Shown piece after piece: positions 28,259 to 37,373 of a DNA stretch of 64,000 nt; position 1 is the stretch's first letter, and each line of letters begins with the position of its first letter. The notes under the pieces are model-generated. The model was not told the origin of the DNA and did not search any database. It was given only the letters and a program-made list of their open reading frames with translations. The position numbers were made by a program, and so were the translations under genes. The stretch is from Candidatus Bathyarchaeota archaeon (GTDB lineage Archaea > Thermoproteota > Bathyarchaeia > Bathyarchaeales > Bathycorpusculaceae): assembly GCA_963811105.1 (NCBI GenBank), contig CAWEPZ010000011.1, forward strand, positions 160,001-224,000, in the 5' to 3' direction.

Positions 28259-29329
28259 ATGAAGTTGTCTTTTAAAATTGGCTCTTTATGGGGTATCCCA
28301 ATTGAGCTTCACCTTACCTTTATTCTGTTAATTGTAGCGGTGTTTTTTCTCTTTTACCCAGAACTCTACTCTTTCATCCTAATTCTTTTCCTGTTTGTTT
28401 TCGTAGTCTTCCACGAGCTTGCACATTCGATAGTTGCTAGACGTTACGGCATAAAAGTGCGCAAAATCATTTTGTATCCAATCGGTGGAGTCTCAGAAAT
28501 AGAGGAAGTCCCAGAGAACCCTTCAATAGAGTGGCGAATGGCAGCCTCTGGTCCGCTTACAAGCATAATTTTAGGAGCAATTCTCTTCGCTGCCTACTAT
28601 TTTTTACCGGTAAAAATTCCGTCATTTCCAGTAGCAGCTTCTCTGCTTTATTCGGGAAACATCCTGCTCGACTTGGGATATCTAAACTTGGTGCTTGGCG
28701 CATTCAACCTGATCCCAGCGTTCCCAATGGACGGAGGCAGAGTCTTCAGAGCCCTACTGGCAGAACGCATGAAATTCACAGACGCCACTAAATACGCGAG
28801 CTACATTGGCAGAATTCTAGGAATCGCAATGGCAATATTCGGTATTATATTCCCATCATACTTCCTGCTGATTCTAGTGGGCGTTTTTGTTTACATAGGT
28901 GCCAGCGAAGAAGCAGAACAAACAATCATCTCAACAACCTTAGCCAGCGTCCGCGTAAAAGACGTAATGCAATCAGAAGTCGGCGCAGTCCGCCCTGACC
29001 AAACTATCGCTGAAGCGGTAGAAGTCATGTTCAAAGCACGCTATCACGACGCACTGGTAGAAAAAGACGGCGTCTTCCAAGGCATTGTAACATGGAGCGA
29101 AATAATCAAAGTTGCACCGGAACAGCGCACGTCATTGAGAGTTGAGCAGATGCCATTCAAGAACATTTCAACGTATCCTGATGAAGCGGTTCTTGAAGCA
29201 TATAAGCTTATGACAAAAGAAAAAATCGACCTGCTAGCAGTTTTAGATAAAGAAACGCCAACGAAAGTCGTGGGTGTCTTGACAAGTGAAGCCATAGCTA
29301 AAGCTTACGAACAAGCAAGAAACCAATAA
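28259..29329 (+). CDS. Site-2 protease (M50) with C-terminal CBS pair
   Basis: HELAH, NLIPAFPMDGGR, followed by two CBS domains. Confidence 0.93.
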   Translation: MKLSFKIGSLWGIPIELHLTFILLIVAVFFLFYPELYSFILILFLFVFVVFHELAHSIVARRYGIKVRKIILYPIGGVSEIEEVPENPSIEWRMAASGPLTSIILGAILFAAYYFLPVKIPSFPVAASLLYSGNILLDLGYLNLVLGAFNLIPAFPMDGGRVFRALLAERMKFTDATKYASYIGRILGIAMAIFGIIFPSYFLLILVGVFVYIGASEEAEQTIISTTLASVRVKDVMQSEVGAVRPDQTIAEAVEVMFKARYHDALVEKDGVFQGIVTWSEIIKVAPEQRTSLRVEQMPFKNISTYPDEAVLEAYKLMTKEKIDLLAVLDKETPTKVVGVLTSEAIAKAYEQARNQ

Positions 29330-29513
29330 AAAAAGTTTGCAAATTTCTCTAGACGCCAAGAGAACAGTGAGTATTACATTAAGAACTTGCCTTATGCATA
29401 GTTATTACATTTAGCCCTCTCAAACCGAAGCTGCCTTAATGGACTCAAAAATCTGTTCCAAAGCTTCAAATCCAAATGAACCACAAAAAAGAAAAGACAA
29501 GCTGCTTAAGCCA

Positions 29514-29723
29514 TCAGACCACAGCGGCGGTTAGAAAAACAACATTTTTCCTTGTCTTGGTCGAGGGAACTACTCTGCCACCGAATTTGGATTCCACTCT
29601 GCTTGCTTCCCGATGGCTATGGGGACACTGTACACCAATTGTCTTCTTGTCCTGCGAGATCCAGACCACACTTCCTAAACCTTCGCATTCAGGACACTTC
29701 CTAGACTCACCCAAATTAACCAT
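29514..29723 (-). CDS. Small zinc-finger-like protein
   Basis: CPEC...CPHSH; GGAG Shine-Dalgarno upstream of the ATG. Confidence 0.7.
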   Translation of the reverse strand: MVNLGESRKCPECEGLGSVVWISQDKKTIGVQCPHSHREASRVESKFGGRVVPSTKTRKNVVFLTAAVV

Positions 29724-30259
29724 AAATTAAATCTCCAGTTTCCGCTACTTGCCAACTGCAAGTGTGTTCGCGGATATTTTCTTTCTGAACGGATGCTCCG
29801 CTTTTTCCTACCAAAGTTTTCTCCCTCTTGATGTGATACGTGAAAAGAATCAGTGACCCAACAGGGTAAACCTAGAGAACAAAAGATAACTCTTCAGATA
29901 CAATAGCAAGCCCCACACTTATAAACCAAAACAAAAGCAACCTTACCCAAAACGCAAAGCAAAAAAGAAAAACTGTGAGCAGAAAATTATGCATTTCGAC
30001 CAGCATACGAAAAAATGAACAAAAAAGATAACGAAACTTATGGCAACAACCATGAACATTTTATCCTCGGTTTAGCAAACGATCAAAACCAAAACCTAAA
30101 ATTACGATGACAAGTTGGCTTCTCACTTCTAACTGCCCTTCATTTCTTGCCTTCTAAATTTCCTTAAACTTCGAAGTACAAAAAAACGATTAAAAACCCC
30201 TTTATCCATAAAACCAAGTACAAGTTAAAACGGGAAGTATGTTCCCCCAAAAAGAAAAC

Positions 30260-30362
30260 GTTTGGCTGGGTCAACATTGGCAGGACACGGAGGCTTCTTA
30301 ACCCAACTAGGCATCTAGATCCTTGCGCGTCTAAGCCAAAACGTGCTTTGACCCGCCAAACA
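30260..30362. ncRNA. Candidate ~100-nt rod-shaped structured RNA
   Basis: Nested stems TTTGGC/GCCAAA, GGGTCAA/TTGACCC, TTGGC/GCCAA, GAC/GTC, GAGG/CCTT, CTAG/CTAG in a GC-richer patch within AT-rich flanks. Confidence 0.45.
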
Positions 30363-30434
30363 TACTTAACCCATTTTTTTCTTCTCGATAAAAGCTGACC
30401 CTTATTTGAAGAACAAAAGAACTCGTAATTTTGC

Positions 30435-30512
30435 TGGTGGGGCTGGCCGGATTTGAACCGGCGTCTATAGCGCCCGAGGCTACAAGCCTGGACCAAGCTA
30501 GCCGACAGCCCC
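30435..30512 (-). tRNA. tRNA-Pro (anticodon CGG), CCA encoded, no intron
   Basis: GGGGCTG acceptor stem pairs with CAGCCCC-A-CCA; anticodon arm GTAGC-CTCGGGC-GCTAT; T arm GCCGG-TTCAAAT-CCGGC. Confidence 0.97.
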
Positions 30513-30617
30513 ATCAAATTTGTTTTTCTATTTTTTTGGCAGCTTCATAAAATAATGTTGGCTAGCCTTTAAACTTTAGCGGTCAAAAAATATGGCTTCA
30601 AAAATGAAGGCGGTTTG

Positions 30618-31220
30618 TTAGCTGGCTACCGTAACTTCTATTGGCATGGTAGCCGTCACAGTACCTATTGATGGTTGTGCAACTCGTCTATGGTATAATC
30701 GGGCAACTATGCATAGAGCGGCAGCAGCTATTGCAAGGTAGAAGGGCAATTGAAAACCAGCTGAAACCAAAGCGCTTACGCTCAAGCCGGTAGGCATAAA
30801 CTGTGATGGCAATGCAATATTTGATGCGCCCACAACTGGAACGCTAAAACCGATTGCACCTGCTATAGCTACCATAACCAACAAGCCAACAAAGAAAGAT
30901 ATTAGAATATACAGCGGTTTTTTGTAGGAGAAACCAAGAAGCTCTTTCGAATAAGACCTTGTTGGGAAGATCGAGTAAAACAGCATTACTATGCCTGCAG
31001 CTGCGAAGGTGAGCACGCTCACAAGGTTCCAAGCCCAAAGCAAAGGTATTGTAAAATGAAGATCAAGAAGACCGAAATTAGTGTTCAAAGGCGAAGCATT
31101 AACTTGCAACAACTTGTCACCGATCGTTAACTGCCACCAGGGAACAAATAAGGAAACTGCAAGAACTATAAGCGTGATTATTCCAGCGGCAAGCCCGAAC
31201 CAGTTAATACGCCTCTCCAT
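30618..31220 (-). CDS. Hypothetical membrane protein (about 4 TM)
   Basis: Hydrophobic segments and PWW motif; coupled to the upstream gene (TAATG). Confidence 0.8.
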   Translation of the reverse strand: MERRINWFGLAAGIITLIVLAVSLFVPWWQLTIGDKLLQVNASPLNTNFGLLDLHFTIPLLWAWNLVSVLTFAAAGIVMLFYSIFPTRSYSKELLGFSYKKPLYILISFFVGLLVMVAIAGAIGFSVPVVGASNIALPSQFMPTGLSVSALVSAGFQLPFYLAIAAAALCIVARLYHRRVAQPSIGTVTATMPIEVTVAS

Positions 31221-31822
31221 TATGAGCCACCTAACCCGCCTAACATAGATTGAATAGAAGCAGGATCAACCTGATCAAGGTGCACTTTAACGCCGCCTAC
31301 TGTAACATCGAGATTTTTCAGCACAATATTGTTAATGTCTATGTTGCCTGTATTTTGAGCGTTAATTTGATTGTACAGCTCTTGAGGAATAAAGCCTTCA
31401 ACATTAATTATCGAACTTTCACCAGGTTGGATATTAATTTGTTGCGGGATTGAAATGTTGCCTACTAACCCACTACCGTCTTTTGACTGAATCTCTACTG
31501 ATAATTGTTCAACAGAAATTTCGTTGGGTAAGGGATTTGTCGCGTTTATTGCCAAACTAAAATCTCCTGTAACTGGATCATACTGTGGAGTACCTACCAA
31601 CTCTGGGACTTGAAAGTTGGATCCAGTTATATTAATTGGGTTAGATGAGGGAGACGAAGGATTCTGTTCAGAGTCTTGACCCATACTTTTGGCCAAATTG
31701 GAAAATTGAGGGGGCAATATTAAGCCAATCAAATTGTCTCTATAAGCGATTGCAACATATGCAAAAGGACCAACGACTATTGCTACTGTAAGCAGAGTCA
31801 AAGCTATTTTCAGTTTGTTCAT
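31220..31822 (-). CDS. Membrane-anchored protein with LEA_2/WHy-like beta domain
   Basis: N-terminal TM helix, then ATNPLP..I.V...I.PGES motifs. Confidence 0.7.
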   Translation of the reverse strand: MNKLKIALTLLTVAIVVGPFAYVAIAYRDNLIGLILPPQFSNLAKSMGQDSEQNPSSPSSNPINITGSNFQVPELVGTPQYDPVTGDFSLAINATNPLPNEISVEQLSVEIQSKDGSGLVGNISIPQQINIQPGESSIINVEGFIPQELYNQINAQNTGNIDINNIVLKNLDVTVGGVKVHLDQVDPASIQSMLGGLGGS

Positions 31823-31876
31823 TTCAACCGTTTAGTAAATTGCATCAGTTTACATTTAACATTTACTTATTATAGC

Positions 31877-32602
31877 TCAAGATTCTTCGCATGGCTTTTG
31901 TTTATAAGGCGTTGCAATGACTTCTTTTACTTTATTAGTAATTACTGGACCAAGACCATGCACAGCCTTCGACCAATCATCCACATTAATCAACGCATTC
32001 ATTGGCGTTTGATAAGCACCCAATATAGCCACTGCTTTTTCCCTTCCAATACTTGGCAAACTGGCAACAAAATAAATTTGAGAATCCGACAATGTCTCGC
32101 ATTTTTTAAAAGCATGGACTACAGGACTCCTTTTTTCAACAATTTGTTCTTGCCGAGCGGCTGCATAAAGAAAATCTATTGTTTCTTTGTAAGAAGAAGT
32201 GTTAACGAGGGAGACACCATTCTTCGCCAAGTTAAACATAGCGCCCCAAACTGCGCTGGGTTGAATATTACTGTATTTGTAAATGATTGGCAAGTATCCT
32301 TCAAGCACGACAAGTGATTTTGGGTAAGCATCTTTAAGTGTGAAAATCTGTTCAAAAAGGTATCGTCTTGTCAAAGTGTAAACAAAATCGCTAACGGTCT
32401 TGCGTTCAACAGCACATTCGTCTGAGAGAATGTAATCGCCCTTCTCAAGTTTTTGAGTTTTAACGTTAACGCCCCTTTCAATTAGACCTTTAACGATTTT
32501 TTCTGCACTGCTTGCTTCACGACTATCCACTATTATTGTCGGTTCTTCACCTTTCTTCTTCTTTTCATTAATGAAGGGAACCAACGTTTCAGCACCAGAC
32601 AT
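31877..32602 (-). CDS. xpf: Short XPF/ERCC4 structure-specific endonuclease (nuclease plus HhH2)
   Basis: IIVDSRE, GDY, VERK...D, and HhH motifs LPSIG and VHGLG. Confidence 0.9.
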   Translation of the reverse strand: MSGAETLVPFINEKKKKGEEPTIIVDSREASSAEKIVKGLIERGVNVKTQKLEKGDYILSDECAVERKTVSDFVYTLTRRYLFEQIFTLKDAYPKSLVVLEGYLPIIYKYSNIQPSAVWGAMFNLAKNGVSLVNTSSYKETIDFLYAAARQEQIVEKRSPVVHAFKKCETLSDSQIYFVASLPSIGREKAVAILGAYQTPMNALINVDDWSKAVHGLGPVITNKVKEVIATPYKQKPCEES

Positions 32603-33130
32603 ATCCTCAACTCTTTGTAGCTAAACCATGGTTGCATGTTTATTTTATTTGTGTTTCCCAAAAATACGAATTATTAATAAAATAAAATGCTATTTTGCTA
32701 ATTGGAAAATTCTGAAAATTCCCTAATTTCAAATAAGAAATTGAAGATTTTAGGAGATTGTTATTCGACCTTGTTTATATCTTTTTAAGAATAATGGTTT
32801 GTTTGCTTCTTTGCGCCTAGTTTCTAAGGGCGTGTCTTTCAATAACTTATTCAAAGGGTTTCTATGCAAACGTTCCCTTTTAGTCCCGTAAATGTTCTCG
32901 GGAGTCAATCCGGATTTCTTATATTGGTAACCCATAAACCCTTCAGGTAACCAGTCAGAAACAAAAAATATATGCAAATGTGATTGTAAAACCACGGCAA
33001 CAAAAGTTGATTATTTTAAATGAAACGTGCTAAAAAAAATTACAAATTTTACATTGAGTTTGAAAATAACAAATTTATTCTTTAAAGTTAGTAAAGAAAA
33101 TAATCAAACAAAAAATAAAATGGCAGGGGC

Positions 33131-34435
33131 TTATGGTCCCTTTTTCGTGACTTCTTTGATGACGCCTGCTGCTACTGTTGTGCCCATGTCTCTTACTGCG
33201 AATCGGCCTAGCTCTGGAAAGTCCGTGTAAGCTTCAACTGCGATTGGGTGCAGTGGCTCCATTCGGACCCATGCTGCGTCGCCTGTTTTGAGGAAACTCG
33301 GGTGTTCTTCGGTGACTTGGCCTGTTCGTGGGTCTATTTTCTTTATAAGTTCTGTAAATTTGCATGCGATTTGTCCAGTGTGGTAGTGGAGTACTGGCGT
33401 ATATCCTGCTGCAATGGCGGTCGGGTGATATATAACGATAATTTGTCCGATGAATTCCTTAGCTACCGTTGGTGGATTGTCTGTAGTTCCTGCAACGTCT
33501 CCTCGGTGGATGTCGGTTTTTGCGATACCTCGAACGTTCATGCCGATGTTGTCGCCTGGTTCAGCAAATGGGATTACTGTGTGGTGCATTTCCAAGGATT
33601 TAAGTTCGCCTGTTTTGTTGCTTGGCATGAAAATTAGAGTTTGTCCAGGTTTGAGAATGCCTGTTTCAACTCTGCCAACTGGAACAGTGCCGATTCCTGT
33701 GATGCTGTAAACGTCTTGAATTGGTACGCGTAAGGGCTTGTTAGTTGGTTTAACGGGTATCTCCAGTAAATCTAGTCCTTCCATTAAGGTTGGGCCATTA
33801 TACCAAGGTAACTTTTCGGATTTCTTGATTAGGTTTTCGCCTGTCCAGCCTGATGTGGGTATGAAGTTTATTTTGTCAACTTTGAAGCCGACCATTCGGA
33901 GCATTCTTGAAACTTCATTCTTTATCTCTTCATACCTTTCTTTGCTGTAGTTAACGGATATATCATCCTGTTTGTTAACCGCAACAATTAGTTGGCGAAT
34001 ACCTAAAGTGAATGCTAAGAAGGCGTGCTCTCGGGTTTGACCGCCTGCACCAATGCCTGCTTCAAATTCGCCTTTTTTAGCTGAGACGAAGAGTATGGCA
34101 GCATCAGCTTGGCTTGCGCCTGTAATCATGTTTTTGACGAAGTCTCTGTGTCCTGGTGCATCGATGACTGTGTAGTTGAATTTTTTAGTTTGGAATTGGA
34201 GAAATCGAAGATCAATTGTTACTCCTCGCTCTCGTTCTTCCTTAAGGTTGTCTAGTACCCAGGCGAATTTGAATGTGCCTTTGCCCATTTTTTCGGCTTC
34301 TTCTTCGAAGGCTTTGATTGTCCGCTCGTCAATTGCGCCTGATAAGTATAGTAAGTGCCCTGTAGTTGTGGATTTTCCAGCGTCAACGTGCCCCATGATG
34401 ATTATATTTAAGTGGGGTTTGTCTGATTTACTCAT
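33131..34435 (-). CDS. tuf: Translation elongation factor 1-alpha
   Basis: [40 protein letters not shown]. Confidence 0.98.
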   Translation of the reverse strand: MSKSDKPHLNIIIMGHVDAGKSTTTGHLLYLSGAIDERTIKAFEEEAEKMGKGTFKFAWVLDNLKEERERGVTIDLRFLQFQTKKFNYTVIDAPGHRDFVKNMITGASQADAAILFVSAKKGEFEAGIGAGGQTREHAFLAFTLGIRQLIVAVNKQDDISVNYSKERYEEIKNEVSRMLRMVGFKVDKINFIPTSGWTGENLIKKSEKLPWYNGPTLMEGLDLLEIPVKPTNKPLRVPIQDVYSITGIGTVPVGRVETGILKPGQTLIFMPSNKTGELKSLEMHHTVIPFAEPGDNIGMNVRGIAKTDIHRGDVAGTTDNPPTVAKEFIGQIIVIYHPTAIAAGYTPVLHYHTGQIACKFTELIKKIDPRTGQVTEEHPSFLKTGDAAWVRMEPLHPIAVEAYTDFPELGRFAVRDMGTTVAAGVIKEVTKKGP

Positions 34436-34646
34436 TTTTTCATCCTCAATTAATTTTACCTAATTTTATGAATTCGTTAACACATCAGTTCGTCCAATTA
34501 TTTTAAGTTTATGTGTCCTTTCCACACGGAAATACGACTAAAAAACATCACAGTTTCGAAAAACCAGACTGAAAACATTAAACTCACCATTTCAGTTCAA
34601 AAGCTTTCTGCACACAATTTATTATCCTTGAATCATATGGCATTTC

Positions 34647-35309
34647 ATGAGTGAAAACTACAAAATGGCTGAGGGCATTTCGGTTGTTACAACAACCTGG
34701 AATGAAAAAGAAAACATTAAGGAACTAATCCAAAGAGTTAGGTCAGTGCTTACAGGTTTTCCCCATGAAATAATTGTTGTTGACGATAGCTCAACTGATG
34801 GAACACTGGAAATAGCGAAAAATTATGCAGACGTCGCAATTAGAAAAGCCCGAGAAGGGCAAACCAAAGGCTTACTGTATGGAATGCAATTAGCCAAGTT
34901 CCCCATAATAGTAACTATCGACTCTGACTTAGAAAATGACCCCGAATTCATACCAGCACTTATCAAAAAACTCAACGAATTTGATGTAGTTGTAGCATCA
35001 AGAACAGTTCTTCCCAGATTCTCAGAAAAGCTTGCCTCAAAAACAATAGGCAAATCATTTAGAATTTACGATTTCTTCTCAAATTATCGCGCTTATAAAA
35101 AAGAAACAATTTTCAAATACAAGTTGAAAGCCGGAGAAACCTTTGGCGCTGAATTACTGGTTATAGCCAAAAAGAATGGTTTTAAGATTGGACAAGTATT
35201 GTATGAGCCTCCGCCGAGGCGGAGTAAACCCCGCATTGGCGGAACTGTTAGAGCTAACCTTAGGATATTAACGGCTTTGTTGAAGGCTTATGCAATGTAT
35301 AAGTTTTAG
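34647..35309 (+). CDS. Glycosyltransferase family 2 (dolichol-phosphate mannosyltransferase-like)
   Basis: WNE.ENI, VDDSSTDGT, DxD motif IDSD. Confidence 0.88.
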   Translation: MSENYKMAEGISVVTTTWNEKENIKELIQRVRSVLTGFPHEIIVVDDSSTDGTLEIAKNYADVAIRKAREGQTKGLLYGMQLAKFPIIVTIDSDLENDPEFIPALIKKLNEFDVVVASRTVLPRFSEKLASKTIGKSFRIYDFFSNYRAYKKETIFKYKLKAGETFGAELLVIAKKNGFKIGQVLYEPPPRRSKPRIGGTVRANLRILTALLKAYAMYKF

Positions 35310-35422
35310 ATAATCTTGGTTAAGACTTATTTCCATCAGTTCAGTTGCTTAAGAAAAGTTACTACTATGTTTTTAATGAGGTAACCGGAGGCTTTAGAAA
35401 AGTTTCTCTAAAGTAGACCCAA

Positions 35423-35830
35423 TTATTTGTGTTCAATTAGCTCAATTAGCGTTCCGTCAGGATCTTCAACAAAAGCGATTGTCAATCCAGGTGCTAATTG
35501 GAAAGGCTCATCAGTTACCGTAACATTTTCCTTCACCATAGCTGCAAGAGTCTTATTCATATCTGAAACTTCAAAACCTAAATGATCAAACAACCGATTT
35601 TCAAACTCAGGCTGACTAAATTTCTTTTGATCCCTTAAAAAAGTTAATTCAAGCGTACAACCCTTACCCTCTTCATCTCGAAGAAAAGCGATTTCAGCGT
35701 TGTTTCGTTTAATTTCGCGTCTGCTCAACAGTTTCAAGCCCAAGAATTTATCATAAAAATCTATGGATTTTTCCATATTACTAGTTCGAATGCTTACATG
35801 AACAAACATTGTTTTTACCTGAACTTTCAA
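35423..35830 (-). CDS. VOC/glyoxalase I family protein
   Basis: HVSIR...SIDFY..FLGL, LELT, HLGFEV, AFVEDPDG..IELIE. Confidence 0.88.
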   Translation of the reverse strand: MKVQVKTMFVHVSIRTSNMEKSIDFYDKFLGLKLLSRREIKRNNAEIAFLRDEEGKGCTLELTFLRDQKKFSQPEFENRLFDHLGFEVSDMNKTLAAMVKENVTVTDEPFQLAPGLTIAFVEDPDGTLIELIEHK

Positions 35831-35856
35831 CGTACAACTTTATTATAATCCTTTTT

Positions 35857-36273
35857 CTAAGCAGTCTTTTCATCCAAGGTTTTGTTCACAAGCGCATCTG
35901 CCCGCTCAATGTAAGTATTAGTTCTCAAAACATTGACAAAACTGGTTTTCTTAAAACAGCGCTTCAATTCTTGCGCTTTACGCCAAAGTTTCTGTAACTC
36001 AGAATTTCGTACCCTGTATTCGCCTTTGAGCTGTTTTCCAACTAACTCACTGTCAAGGTAGCAAACAACCTCTTCGATTTTTATGGAGATAGCAAATTCC
36101 AGTGCAGCTATCAACGCATTATACTCTGCCTGATTGTTTGTATTTACCCCGATGAAGCGTGAATCCGCTTTTATGACTTCGCCTGTTTCGGTTAATGCTA
36201 AATAAGCTATGGCTGCAGGTCCAGGGTTTCCTCTTGCGCCGCCATCAGAGTATAGCATTAATCGCTTAAGCAT
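35857..36273 (-). CDS. rnhA: Ribonuclease HI
   Basis: YSDGGARGNPG, TNNQAEY, DSEL, ADAL.N. Confidence 0.92.
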   Translation of the reverse strand: MLKRLMLYSDGGARGNPGPAAIAYLALTETGEVIKADSRFIGVNTNNQAEYNALIAALEFAISIKIEEVVCYLDSELVGKQLKGEYRVRNSELQKLWRKAQELKRCFKKTSFVNVLRTNTYIERADALVNKTLDEKTA

Positions 36274-36384
36274 TTTTAAGCCGCTTCTTATTCATGCTAT
36301 ATCGGACTTCGTTATTTAAAGGGTTAAGATGCTTGCGTTATTTCAATAATAGTTTCCAAAAAGGCCTTGCTAAAGTACACTCGT

Positions 36385-36854
36385 ATGGTCACAGGCGTTG
36401 ATGCAGCTGCAATAGGCATTTCACATGACGCATACAAATTCAAAGTCAGGCAAAACTAGACCTTTAACGATTGAAAACTATTAGCCAAAAAAGCAGCATT
36501 CCACTTATTTTGCATGGCGCAACAAAGGCGCCAAGCTCCATACTTGAAAAAGCAGTCAAATATGGAGCTACGCTAGAGTTCGCTAAAGGAGGATCAGAAC
36601 ACCAGCTTCAACAAGCCATTAATCTCGGAGTTGCAAAAATAAACATTGACACTGACCTGCGTTTAGTTTTCACGGCAACAATTCGAGAAGTTTTAACCAA
36701 TTCGCCGAAAGAATTTGACCCAAGAAAAATCGTTACCCCAGCCGAAGACGCTATGAAGGAAGTAGCTAAAGGAAAAATGCGTCCATTTGGAAGTTCAGGA
36801 AAAGCCCAAACTACCAAATTCCTAAAAGTCTTTTTCATTCTTTTATTTTATTGA
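36385..36854 (+). pseudogene. fba: Class II fructose-bisphosphate aldolase, 3' fragment
   Basis: TGVDA..AIGISH.AYKFK (with frameshift and stop) then PLILHGA...KINIDTDLR...FDPRK. The N-terminal ~170 aa are absent. Confidence 0.85.
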
Positions 36855-37223
36855 TTCCTTCAAGGCTGAGAAGTAGGAGAGAACCTGTTGGATTTGCTCT
36901 TGAGACATGGATAGAACAGTTTTTACTGCTTCCTTCTGCTTTGGTGAGGAAGAAACCGAAATTGTTGCTAAAGCATAATCTAAACTTGTGAATAGTAGCT
37001 CCCATGGAATACTAACCCGTTTACCCTTCAGATTATATAGGGCAAGAACGAATGCACTGGCCCTGCTTAAGCCATCTTTGAAAGATTGAATGGTTTGACC
37101 AAGAGTTATGTTATCGTAATCCTCTCCGCCCAGAAAACTCCTTATTACTGCGTAATTTTGCTCTAAATTTTGGATTTCAACAAAAAGATCTTGCTTTATT
37201 CTTGCTTCAGTATTATCTTGCAT
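36843..37223 (-). CDS. Hypothetical helical protein
   Basis: 126-aa ORF with a GGAGA Shine-Dalgarno upstream. Confidence 0.65.
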   Translation of the reverse strand: MQDNTEARIKQDLFVEIQNLEQNYAVIRSFLGGEDYDNITLGQTIQSFKDGLSRASAFVLALYNLKGKRVSIPWELLFTSLDYALATISVSSSPKQKEAVKTVLSMSQEQIQQVLSYFSALKESIK

Positions 37224-37373
37224 AATGCATCGTTCTCCTGTATGTATAAATCAAGTACATAAGACTTCTTTCTACTTGGCAACTTTTTGCTCTATCAAAC
37301 GGTTTTTGCATCTGTATAATTCTGCCGCTTAAAAGCAAAACTCTTAATAGCCAATAATTTAATCTCAAGTTTC

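Noticed and set aside
30263-30357. Resemblance of GGCTGGGTC...TTGACCCGCC to a Y RNA stem
   Set aside because: It lacks the bulged-C Ro60-binding helix and no Ro60/Rsr gene is in the window. Kept only as a generic structured RNA.
30164-30517. 117-aa minus-strand ORF
   Set aside because: It overlaps the tRNA-Pro gene and the structured element, so it is spurious.
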